From contig NIVC01001040.1 in the NCBI GenBank assembly GCA_002269645.1, positions 1-64,000 of the forward strand: a stretch of 64,000 nt of DNA, in the 5' to 3' direction. The position numbers and the translations under genes are program-made. The DNA comes from Macrostomum lignano (Eukaryota). The first letter of the stretch is position 1. Every line of letters starts with the position of its first letter. Below are positions 44,901-56,416 of the stretch, piece by piece. The notes beneath the pieces are model-generated. The model was not told the DNA's origin. It saw only the letters and a program-made list of their open reading frames with translations, and did not search any database.

Positions 44901-47405
44901 GCGGTCATTAGCTTTTGAAAAATCTTGACATTCTTGATTGCGAAATGAAGTACGGATTGACCTTCGTTGTTTCGCCAGAAGAGACATTCTGCACGCTCAT
45001 TCACTAATGAAAATGCGTCAGATTCCATGTCAACACTGCCGATAGCAGCGATGTGAGCCCAGGTGTTCCCCCACGAGTCTCGGTGGGAAAAAGAGTCAAA
45101 AGAGACTAAAAATGCCGGATAAGAACGCCTTGGCCACTACTGACTTGCATACTCGGACAGCAACTTGCAGCAGAGTTATACCATCGCCGTTCTCCCAACT
45201 CAAACAGTTAGTACCAAACTTCTGAAAGGCAGAGCAAATCGCTCGTGATTTCTCCTTTTCTCCGTTTGTTTCGTTTCTTTCTTCATCTTGTGCAGTTTTG
45301 GTTTGCTCTGCATTTTTTTCTGTGTCCTCTCGCATTGAGTCCTGCATCACCTCCGAGGCCGGTTGCCGCTGCTGAATATGTTTCACACTTTCAGTCTCAT
45401 CTGCTAAAATTTTATCATAGCATTCCGACATGCGCATCAGCTTCTTTGTCGAATCGGTCAAGTCCCAACGATAGACGGTGTAGCCTTCAGAAATCCATAC
45501 AAGTCTTTCAGCTGAATTATTGGTAGACTCGGCAATGTCAAGAACAGTGCGATCCAGATTATTTTTCCACTTTAGGCATCTTGGTCCGCCGTACTTGCTT
45601 AAGGCGAAGATTTCCAAAGCAGCCGTGGCGTTTCTTGCCAGGCAGTGCATAACGGTGTCGCCATTTTTGTCCCTGAGCTCGATGCAGTCTTGACCAAACC
45701 TATCAAACAGTTGCTTCATGGTCTGCGCGCTGAAATTCTCTGCCGCCACGTGAAGTACCGTCTTCTTGTCATTGTTCGCCCAAGTCCAGAAATTCGTTTG
45801 AAATATGCTTTCACCGAGTCTCTCGTAACACTTTGCACTAAGCATTACAGATTCCGCTAGCCTATTCTTAGCCAAATAATGCCACAATGTGTTTCCATTG
45901 CTATCTACGTCTTTGCGACGGTGCTCGTAGTATTTAGGCCCAGCAATTTCCTCAAGTAGTTTCATGCTACAAGAGTTTTCCGCCAAGAAGTGTAACACCC
46001 CTTGATTCTCATTGTTCATCCAGGACATTGCAGGAACGAAATCGTCAAGTTTGCACTGTGCTCTCTTGTTCTTTGCCTGGTAGTGAATCACTGTGTTTCC
46101 ATTTTGGTCTTTAAGGCTGCCACTCGGTGCTCCCACTTGACGAGAGGCTTCCTTGAGCTTTTCAAACGTGCTCTCGCTGCAGTGCTGTGCAGCTAGGTGA
46201 AGCACAGTTTGTTTCTTCTTGTTTTCCATCAGCAAAAACTTTTGATTGCAAAACCGATTGCTACTTAATAAATTTTTAGATTTTTCATTTAAAGCCAAGC
46301 AATGCAAGGCAGTGTTGCCCTCACGGTCCTTAGACACTATAACTTCGTCCGGAGCGTGTTCGAATAGTTTCCACAGAGTTCCCTGGTCATAGCAGTTATC
46401 AGCCGCTACGTGCAGAACTGTTTCGTCTGATTGATTCCTCCAGCCAATCCAATCGTACTTATCGTTCGGCAATTGAAGCTGTTCGCTGAAAGTCTCAAAA
46501 GTGTCAAATTTGACGTTTTTATTCTTTGCCAGGCAGTGCCAGATGCCTTTGATGTCGTCGTCTGAAAGCCGAATACCCGAATTGCTCATTAGACTCTTCA
46601 AGGTGTCTGCTCTGCAGTGCTCAGCTGCAATGTCGAACACATTCTTCGAATCGTTGTTCCTATACCTCAAGCAAGCTTTCGGAGATTTACCGGCATTGCG
46701 AATGATGTCTATTGCGTCCAGCAACAATGATGAGCCTTCGACAGCAGCAGCATAGTGCAGTACTGTGTTGCGTCTCCCGTCGAGCTGGAAATCCAGTATG
46801 TACGACTTCAAGCTGTCGGCGCTCAACACTTCAGCAGCTACTTCGAAAACGGTTGCACCTGTGTTGCTATACGAACGGTCCACTATGTCTCGGTACTCTT
46901 TCCTTTGAAAGATTGAGTCAAGAATTTCGCCACCATGAGCTGCATTGCATGCAGCCCAGTGTGCTATATTAAAATTATCCTTATCTGCTTTCAACAATGG
47001 CCCAGGATGCTGCGAGGAGACAAGGTGCTGAACATTCTTATCAAACTGTTCAGAAGAGTGGTATCGAGCAGACAGATGAAACGGAGTGACACCGTCTTCA
47101 TCCTCATCTAAAAGACAGTTGGCGCCAATGCCAGTCACCAGCAGTTCAAGCAAGGCTTCTCCATCTGCACAACCTGCGGAATAGTGCACCGCCGTTCGGC
47201 CCTCAAAATCTAATCCCAGATCAACTTTCCTAAGTTGTCCGCTTCTCTTGTTGACAAACTCGATTGCTGCTGAGAACTGACGCGTCCAAGTCAGCCGCAA
47301 AAGTTCAGGGGGGTCGAGACCAAGGGGTGGCTGTGCGTCTTTAGAGCCGTACTCAAGACTGTACTCGATCAGTTTCCTCACTGAGGCATTGCTGGTCTTA
47401 GCCAT
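41922..47405 (-). CDS. Ankyrin-repeat TRP-superfamily cation channel with TRPM-like S4-S6/TRP domain, about 1790 aa (exons 47405-42361 and 42247-41922; one frameshift near 45100)
   Basis: More than 20 ankyrin-like units. Six hydrophobic segments, FNFFDCLAL, IGPVISMLRSLIIQDLFPFLLII, LSNIVMLNLLIARF, IWRTTYYEMLQEY..FLPPPF, C-terminal coiled coil. The frame after 45096 continues as ankyrin RDSWGNTWAHIAA. GC-AG intron 42248-42360. Confidence 0.82.
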
Positions 47406-47567
47406 GCTATAGGTCAGCCCCGGTGTGAAGGCTAGGAGCTCACCTGCAGGATGAAATTGTACAACACTGCGTTAAAAACTTTCATACCTTAATAATAATA
47501 ATGGATTATTCTTTATGGCAGCTATTTTCCATAATAAACAACTCATTTTCTTAACTTCTAATGATTA

Positions 47568-48261
47568 CAAGGACTTCTCAAGTAACATATATATAGGACA
47601 CGACACTCGAAATCTATATGGTAAATGTTTTGAAGGCCACTTTTCGCCGAAAAATACACTACAGAGATAGGTTTAAGTTTTTTCCGCACAAAAATTGTTA
47701 TTGCTTTCGATAGGAGAAAGACCCAATGTTCATATTTTGATATGTTGTGCCTTCCTTATAGCTTTATTGATATTCATAAAGCTTTTCGTTCAGAGAATTA
47801 GGATTATATGTTAATTTTTTATTCTAAGAACATTTCCTGCACCCAAAAACCATAAAAGTGCATGGCACAGGTTTTATGAATTTATTTTATCATCTCTGTT
47901 ACACATATTGTACACAGTCAGCTAAGAATGACAAAATATACTCATAAAACCAATGCGCTGAGCCGTGCCATTTTAATGATTTTTAGGCACAGGAGACACG
48001 CAAATTTACGTAGAATAAGAATTGAACATTTAATCCTAATTTTCCTAACAAATGCTTTATGAATATCGATAGAGGTATCAGAAAGGCACAACATATCAAA
48101 AGATGAACACTGGATCTGTCTCCTATCGAAAGCAATAACAATTTTTGTGCTGAAAAATGAAAACCTCCTATCCCTGTAGTGTATTTTTCGGCGAAAATTG
48201 GCCTTCAAAACATTTACCATAGATTTTGGAGTGTTGCGTCCTTCTAGTTAAGTTGTCCTTG
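47568..48261. mobile_element. Foldback MITE copy 2, 694 bp, nearly whole-length palindrome
   Basis: Termini caaggacttct / agttgtccttg. Perfect 8-bp TSD AATGATTA at 47560-47567 and 48262-48269. Long imperfect inverted arms. Confidence 0.88.
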
Positions 48262-48875
48262 AATGATTATTAACAGGACCGTTTGATGAGCTTTCACTCG
48301 TTGTTACGCTCGTAGCTACTCGTTATCACTGTGCAATCTTTTTGTGAAAAAATCGCTTCACATTCCTTCGATGCTACTCTTAGTGAGCGATCAGGGACAA
48401 CTCAAAACATGGAGACTTTTCCACTTTTTTTCTGTCTACTACCAGCAGTGTTGGGCACTTCCGTTACCGAGTAACTTGTAAATGGTAACGCAAGTTACTT
48501 TTTCGTAAAGCGTTCCTTACGCAAGTTACTTTCCTATTTTGGTAACGGAGTAACGGTAAGTTACTCAAATTTCGGAAGTCCGTTACAGTTACTTTGCAAC
48601 AATCGCAATATTTAAATTTAAAACTGATATGCTTAGCTATTACGCCAGTTGTCACATTTTTAGCATTTTTCATTCCTAAATTCAAAACTAAGTGAATAAT
48701 ATCATACGGTATTACGCTGTAATTAATAAAGAAATACTTGAAACATGTTTTTACTTTGTTATTTTCGGTAAAATATTTTTGCTTTTCGTTTTTAAGTTAA
48801 TAAAAATATTTTGTTTAGTTCTTAGAAACAAACAACCAAAGAAAGAAATTCATCTGTAGTCTCCACAAATCCACT

Positions 48876-49138
48876 CAGTGATCGACGTAGCCAGGAATTT
48901 TAATTGGGGGGGGCGGGTTGGCCTGGCTGGCCATGCCTCATGCCATTGCCACTTTTAGCGCCGCAAGCACTCATTTAAGCGCCGCAGGCACTCATTTAAG
49001 CGCCGCAGGCACTCAATCGCCTCATGGTTTTTGGTACCCGCCACGCCAAACCCCACCCCCCAGGTGGGGTGTCTTGCAGGTGGGGTGAAGTTGCCGCCCC
49101 AACGATTGTTAAGGCGGCCTCCCTGGCTACACCACTAA
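48876..49138. mobile_element. GC-rich ~260-bp MITE nested in the hAT element
   Basis: Termini cagtgatcgacgtagccagg / cctggctacaccact. Near-TSD aatccact/agtccact. Internal 21-bp x3 repeat. Confidence 0.6.
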
Positions 49139-49269
49139 AGTCCACTGGCACTGCACTGCACTGCACAATAATTTAATATTATGATAATAATTGAAAATAA
49201 ATAAAAAGACTAGTAAAGCAGACTGTAGAGCGGAGTAAAGCCAGGTACTTATTACGAGCGATGTATTAT

Positions 49270-49303
49270 CAAGGACAACTGAAGTTACGTTAAGTTGTCC
49301 TTG
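49270..49303. mobile_element. 34-bp TIR-TIR remnant of the foldback MITE family with perfect TSD
   Basis: caaggacaact...agttgtccttg (perfect 11-bp TIRs) flanked by TGTATTAT at 49262-49269 and 49304-49311. Confidence 0.85.
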
Positions 49304-50324
49304 TGTATTATAACTTATAATGTTATTAAAAATTAAATTGCGTTTTGCCTTTAACGTTTCTGACCTTCAGCTTCTCTTCTTTTTACGGAAAGGGCCTAAA
49401 GTGATTAAAATTTAATACAGTTACTGAAATTAATGTTGTTGTATTCTTCCTCCTGGCTTTCGCGATCATTTGTGCTGTTCCAGCGCATTTGCAATGTTAA
49501 AAAAGCAGAAAATTTTGTTAATAACATAGGTAACGGAAGTAAGTAACGGAAGTAACTTAAAAGTTACCGGGTTTTTGTTCAAAGTTACTAGGCTAACGTA
49601 AGTTACTTTTTAAAAAGTGGTAACTTAAGTTACAGTAACGCAAGTTACTTTTTTTGAGTAACTTGCCCAACACTGACTACCAGTAGCATTATACGAAGCT
49701 AATTATTAAAGTCTATCTCAATCAGTGGGCTAGCTTTATTAACCGTAACAGCACAGTGAAAGTTAAGCACTGTTGGCACCGGTTAGGACGTTGTTAATAC
49801 TTTTTGTGATCTTGCTTCTTGATTTAAAGGCAAATAAAAATTACTAGAATGAATATATGTGAATAGAAAGACATTATGAGGGGTTAGGCTTAGGGTCAGG
49901 TTATTCAAAAGTTACAAACGTTTTAACTTTATTGTAGTTTTGGTGAGGGTAGATAGCTCGTGAATAGGCACGATGCTACAACAAGCATGCAGTTAGGGAG
50001 TGAGTGAGATTATAAAAAAGCTGATGTGAACAAAGATGTACAGATTAAATAGAACTGTCTCAAGAGGGCCATAATTCTCTGATAATGAAAGGGCATCAAT
50101 GCAGGTATGAAGTCTGTTTGCTCCTTTAAGTATTGTTTATTTTCGTAGAGTCTAAAAATGCATTTCGTCTCGCTTCTAAAGCGTTTCCGTTTGAGAAAAA
50201 GCAGATATTAGAGAAATGGGCAGTGTGGTTGCGAGAGCCACGCATAATCACGCCATTGTGTCTCGCACTCGACAGCACTTGTTAGCGTATGATAAAATTA
50301 AGGTAAGGTAGCTTAAGGTAAAGA

Positions 50325-51010
50325 GTCTTAATGAAAGAGTGTGAGAGTCTTAATGGAGGAGTGTGAGAGTCTCAATGAAGGAGTGTGAGAGTCTCAATGG
50401 AGGAGTGTGAGAGTCTCAATGAAGGAGTGTGAGAGTCTCAATGGAGGAGTGTGAGAGTCTCAATGAAGGAGTGTGAGAGTCTCAATGGAGGAGTGTGAGA
50501 GTCTCAATGAAGGAGTGTGAGAGTCTCAATGGAGGAGTGTGAGAGTCTCAATGAAGGAGTGTGAGAGTCTCAATGAAGGAGTGTGAGAGTCTCAATGAAG
50601 GAGTGTGAGAGTCTCAATGGAGGAGTGTGAGAGTCTCAATGAAGGAGTGTGAGAGTCTCAATGGAGGAGTGTGAGAGTCTCAATAGAGGAGTATGAGAGT
50701 CTTAATGGAAGAGTGTGAGAGTCTCAATGAAGGAGTGGGAAAGTCTCAATGGAGGAGTGTTAGCGTCTTAATGGAGGAGTGTGAGAGTCTCAATGAAGGA
50801 GGGTGAGAGTCTCAATGCAGGAGTGTGAGATTCTCAATAAAGGAGTGTGAAAGTCTCAATGGAGGAGTATGAGAGTCTTAATGGAGGAGTGTGAGAGTCT
50901 CAATGGAGGAGAGTGATAGTCTCAATGAAAGAGTGTGAGAGTCTTAATGGATGAGTGTGAAAGTCTCAGTAAAGGGTTGTGAGAGTCTTAATAGATGAGT
51001 GTGAGAGTCT
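50325..51010. repeat. 22-bp minisatellite (gagagtctcaatg(a/g)aggagtgt), partly an alternating dimer
   Basis: Period 22. Confidence 0.95.
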
Positions 51011-51527
51011 CAGCCAGTGGAAGACTGTGAGTTCCTCAAAAGAGTTTGTATCAAAGCAGAAATTAGAAATGAAATATGCTCGTAAGTTCCAATTAGAGCT
51101 AAATATCTATAACGAGTCGTACTTACTTCTCCACAAACTTTAGTCTTTCGCGGATGCTGAAGGCTTAATTATAATTTTCAGAAAGCCTGCCAATTTACAA
51201 ACGATAGCGGCTGGTGCCGCTGTGCGCTCAGATTTATAGCTGTAGAATAGAATCTGAGCAGAGTAGGAGTACAATGAATAGAAATGAGTAAAGAACAACC
51301 AAACAAAATACTGGGACGAAGTGTACACCTGATGAACTCGTCTAAAGGCTATCCGTCTACCCGAAGATAAGTGGCTGTCTTCCAATACAACTTCAAGCGA
51401 AGACAAATAACCAGTGAACACAGGTATTCAATAAAAATTTATAAAAACCTTTGACTGCCGACAAGTTTTGTTAGGGTTTTCATTCGCATTCAATTAGGGT
51501 TAGTCAAATTGCGACAGTCGAAAATTG

Positions 51528-52125
51528 CGTCACTGAATCACAGATGCGTCACTGAATCACTAAAGATATCATTGCGTCACTGAATCACAGATGCGTCAAT
51601 GAATCACTACAGATATCATTTCGTCACTGAATCACTACAGATATCATTTTGTCACTGAATCACTACAGATGCGTCACTGAATCACTACAGATATCATTTT
51701 ATCACTTAATCACAGATGCGTCACTGAATCACTACAGATATCATTTCGCCACTGAATCACAGATGCGTCAATGAATCACTACAGATATCATTTCGCCACT
51801 GAATCACTACAGATACCATTGCGTCACTGAATCACTACAGATATCATTTCGCCACTGAATCACTACAGATACCATTGCGTCACTGAATCACTACAGATAT
51901 CATTTCGCCACTGAATCACTACAGATATCATTTCGCCACTGAATCACTACAGATATCATTTCGCCACTGAATCACTACAGATATCATTTCGCCACTGAAT
52001 CACTACAGATATCATTGCGTCACTGAATCACTGCAGATATCATTTCGCCACTGAATCATAGATGCGTCACTAAATCACAGGTGTGTCACTAAATCATAAA
52101 TATCATTTCGTCCCTGAATCACAGG
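51528..52125. repeat. Minisatellite of 28-bp units with shorter variants (gtcactgaatcactacagatatcatttc)
   Basis: Direct tandem array. Confidence 0.93.
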
Positions 52126-53399
52126 TGTAGTTCCTAAAGGAAAGGCATCGGCCCCTAAATTAAGGTTCTAGAGGGGCATGCAGCCAAGAACTCTTGGTAA
52201 ATACTAATCTGAAAAGAGGGATTTTAGTCCAGTGGGAGTGATATTATGAGTAACAACACTCACTTAACCTCAGTTTTAATGAGAAGAAACTGGCCATCGA
52301 CATAAACTCTAACTTTTCACACCGGGCTGTCGATGATTTGTATTGAAAGAATCCTTGAGATGCCTCTTAAAGCTGGTCTCCTTTTACAACAAACAGCTGA
52401 TTATCCGTAGCAATATGTACTTTTGACTGACCACACCCATCTATCGATAATATAGCTAGATATATATTCATGCACATGTAAAATGGGTCAATTTGGCAGG
52501 CGAAAAAAAGAAGCGTGACACCAACCTAAATTGACTCATGTTAGGCAGTCTGCATACCGAAAGAAAAAAATATGCAAAATATTATCTGTTAAATCTTGTA
52601 TTCCATTTGAGCTAGCAGAAATTAGCTTTGCACTGCACACAGACAAAATTTTCCTGATGGCAATCCAGCCCTGCTCAAGATTTGTGTCTCTTCTCAACTC
52701 CTCTTCTCAGTTCTTTCTCATCTCCTTTTCTCCTTCCTCTTATCTTCTCTCTCATGGGTCTATATGAATTCTTTATTTAATAGACAAGTTTCTGAAAAGT
52801 ACCACGGTAGCTTAGATCGTACTCGAAATTTGATTTCTTATTTTTTGAGCATACTCTCGGGCTGTATTAGGATAGAACAGCTTGGGATGGGTTGGGGTGT
52901 TAGGTTAGTGGAGGCGAAGTCCCCAAATGTCAACCGAGAATTTCGAGAAGTTGTTTTTACAAAAAAATTAAGAAAAAATATACAAGATCTGCTTCTGACT
53001 AATTTACAGTCTTATGGTAAAAATTGGCGACTTTTTCCATAGACTGCAAATTCCTGGCTCATAATAATAGAATTAAATAACCATTAAATAATCAATCCTA
53101 TTTATTATTGTCATTAATTTTACGGCGTCGAACACATGTCTATGGTCAAAGTCGACCAATCACAAGAGGCAATGGCCATAGACATTACAACTGCCATCTA
53201 CAAGGTAGCGAGCCTGAAAATGCCAAGACATTGATGCCCCCGGAGAATTACGAGCGTATCTTGCACTTATGACAATAATATTTATCCATGAACAGAACGC
53301 AAAATGGAACAAATAGAAGCGAGTGCAAAAATGTAAAATATTGGATTTTACATATCGAGTGATGCTTTTTCAGCTAATCTGAGATTAAATGACTAAAAA

Positions 53400-53728
53400 G
53401 TGTACCTTGGTAAGGGCTGGTACGCCCCGATTAAACCAGATGTGCAACCAACAGCTCAACCGCAGCTATTGCGCGGCGCATCTGAAGAAGGCTGCGTACG
53501 GCTGTTCAGTCTAATGACTGGGGGGGGGGGGGAAGGGGGGTCGCCACACACACACCCTCAATTACCCCAGCTAATGCTGGTACCCATTTTACAGCTGGGT
53601 GAACTGAAGCAATGCAGAGTTAAATGTCTCGCTCAAGGAAGGACAAAAATTGTTCCAGTGGGATCGGCAATCAAACCTCCGACCTTTCTCTCGTGAGTCC
53701 GACGCTCTACTTGCTAGGCTACAGCCCC
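53400..53728 (-). mobile_element. tRNA-derived SINE with a CORE-like central domain
   Basis: Minus strand: GGGGCTGTAGCCTAGCAAGTAGAGCGTCGGAC (A-box-like), GGAGGTTTGATT (B-box-like), then CCTTGAGCGAGACATTTAACTCTGCATTGCTTCAGTTCACCCAGCTGTAAAATGGG, which resembles the MIR/CORE consensus. Confidence 0.7.
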
Positions 53729-53965
53729 TACTAGGCCACAGCCCCTACTAGGCTACAATCCCTACTAGGCTACAACCCCCACTAGGCTACAGCCCCCACT
53801 AGGCTACAGCCCCCACTAGGCTACAGCCCCCACTAGGCTACAGCCCCCACTAGGCTACAGCCCCCACTAGGCTACAGCCCCCACTAGGCTACAGCCCCCA
53901 TTAGGTTACAGCCCCCACTATGCTACAGCCCCCACTAGGCTACGGCCCCACTAGGCTACAACCCT
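53714..53965. repeat. 17-bp minisatellite (ctaggctacagccccca) continuous with the SINE 5' end
   Basis: The reverse complement of the unit contains the SINE's first 15 nt. Confidence 0.9.
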
Positions 53966-54151
53966 CCTAGAGGATGCAGTGCTGAAGTTTAGTGTCCTAC
54001 TTCATTCAGTTGCGTCCATGGCTGACCATATTAAAGTTGTGTTTTTATCATTTAGTCTCAGATTGTTGGAAAAGCCTCTCTTACAGTAGAATGCAAATAA
54101 CTATTGTGCGACATCATTTTAGTTATGTATATTCATTGAATATTGAGTGTA

Positions 54152-55940
54152 TTAAGTAGGTCCACTACTCGATGAGGATTTTGATCCTCGTTGTCGCTGC
54201 TGCTGTTGTTGCTGCTGCTCAGGTCGCCTGTATTCAATTTGAGTTGGTGACGGTTGAGACGGCGGTTCAAAGCCATCCCATCCGACAATACTCGCTGGGC
54301 CTCCGCCGACCTGACCACTGGAAGATGCCGCCGCCATTCGCTGCCTTCGTTGCTGCATTCTCTGTCGACGCCAGGTGGAAAAACCGCGGCCCGGATCGGC
54401 CCAGACCTCGGCGGGTCCGGCAGCGACAGCGGCGCATTCAACTTCTTCGCAGTCGCACTCGCTGCTGTCGCTGTCGTGTCGGTTGTCAACGACTGGACGA
54501 GGCGGCGGTGGCGGCAGTGGTGGCGGCTGCTGCTGTGGCGGAGGCGGCGGTGGGGTTCGCCGAATGACAGCGCCGCTTGGAGCTCGCGATCCAGTTTGCA
54601 GGGGTGCCTCGATTCTGGCCAGCATGGCGTTGCCGTGACTACGCGACGCCGTGTCATAGTCCCGCGGCGGATGCAGCAGAGGCGCTGCTGATCCGCCGCT
54701 TTCGCCGCCGCCACCAACGCCATTGTCGCCGAAGTCGCGTAGCTTCCGTTTGAGCTCCTCGGTGACTGACTGAAGCTCCGGCGGCAGCCGGGAGGCGACG
54801 GAGGTGACCGCCGCAGCTCCGGGATTCATTGGACAATTGACGAGTAAAGGCGTCCTTCGAAGCGGCTCGGAGCCAAAAAGTCCGCTCGGCTGAACCTCCC
54901 TGGTGGCCAGCAGTTCACTTTCTCGCTGCCGCACCAACTGTAAATGGTCTTTCGTTGTGAGGCACTTGTTTAGTCTGGCAACGAACTCGGAGACAACCTC
55001 GAGAGAGCGGCCGCGCCAGGCGTGTACGTGAACTGAGTGGCTGGATTCTTCGTTGAAGCCTTATTTTTGGTTAAGGGTGGGATACGTGTGCCGAATGGCG
55101 TAATTCTGTAATCGTTCTAAATGAGATAATCAGAGAAAATACTAGTGACATGTTTGGTAGACCTACATATTACTGATAAGTATCTAGTGTATGCGCAGTA
55201 CGGAGTTAGCAGGGGACGGCCGCTCAATGACTCTTTCATACTACAGTTTGATTTAATATTAATAATCATATTCGGAGGAATGGGTTGGTTGTGGGCACCC
55301 TGGCGCAACGTTTGCTGCGACATCGCCCCACAGCCAACGGTGAGGCAGTTAATCCCACCTATTCCGCTGACTCCTCAGCACACAGAAGCGCTCAGGTACT
55401 GTACGCAAGCGGCCTCGACTTTCTAATCGTCAGGCAGGTACACTTTCTCTGTGCCTTGAGGGTTTTAGTGTGAATCACACGATAACCTCCCCTCCTAGAC
55501 ACTTTTCCTGTACGAGGTAGGAAGTACAAGGCTACAAATGAACGTGGCCGTGCAGGTATCATGTGTTACCACCCAGCCAATTTTGTCACCCAGCAGTGTT
55601 CTGTACAAGAGTAAGTATTTTTACAAGCTACCAATTTACCGAGCAGTATGAGGCTGAACACCAATGGATCGGTGCGACCGTCCTCCTGCTGCACATAGGT
55701 GATGTCCGTGATCGGAATGGACGGGTACCTCAGTGGTTTTTGAGTTCGCGGATCCGTTGGGAGCTCAGCAATCTTGAGCTTCTTCTTGTTGACAAACTCA
55801 AGGGTGTGTCGTTTTAGGCGAATGCCTTGAATCCGGCGCTTGTCCATCAGCTCCTGCACCACCGGGTCGCAGAACTGACGTCCGTACACGCCTGCGGACG
55901 GCTTCCAGCCGAGGTAATCAGCAGCCAGGCCGAAGGACAT
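54152..55940 (-). CDS. PTB/PID-domain adaptor-like protein (exons 55940-55640 and 55059-54152)
   Basis: ADYLGWKPSAGVYGRQFCDPVVQEL...SIPITDITYVQQE...VFSLILL spliced in phase 1 to GFNEESSHSVHVHAWRGRSLEVVSEFVARLNKCL, followed by a low-complexity Pro/Gly/Gln tail. Confidence 0.6.
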
Positions 55941-56376
55941 CCTTCAAATTGGCTTATGCCAAGGCTTTGCAGCCTCCTTAATTTCTGCAAGTCTTCAGCA
56001 ATGGACGCTCTATGAAGCCAGTTGGGTTTGTTTAGAAATGTGAGAACAAGTCCAGGAAGTGCAGCAGGCCTCTTCGCTCTCTCACTGTCTCTCTTTACAT
56101 TTCCCTGTCTCCCCCTGTGGCACACACGGGTGGGCAAATTGGAACTGCTGGCCTGGGGCTTTGGCTCTCTTTAGTTGGCAATATCAACCTTACCTGTGAG
56201 TTTGATTGCGAGAGGCTCTTACCCTCCCCCCACCCACCTCCAAGCCCAACGCTATTTCCTTCCCAACCAACTAAGCACTGACTATGGCTGGATCTGCAGG
56301 CCCGTTTACCGTATGCATCACTGCTCAAGCATGTCGTGTAAGCCCTCTAGGCGATCTGTGGATGAGGGGTGGGTAA

Positions 56377-56416
<40 letters not shown>
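56377..56416. repeat. (GT)n(GA)n compound microsatellite
   Basis: Direct inspection. Confidence 0.95.

Larger units (their letters stand above)
48446..49675. mobile_element. Non-autonomous hAT-type element, 1230 bp
   Basis: TIR CAGTGTTGGGCA / TGCCCAACACTG. Perfect 8-bp TSD ACTACCAG. Dense subterminal GTAAC/GTTAC motifs at both ends. Confidence 0.92.

Noticed and set aside
53640-53728. tRNA gene
   Set aside because: The B box is degenerate, there is no matching acceptor-stem 3' half and it runs into a SINE core. Treated as a SINE head.
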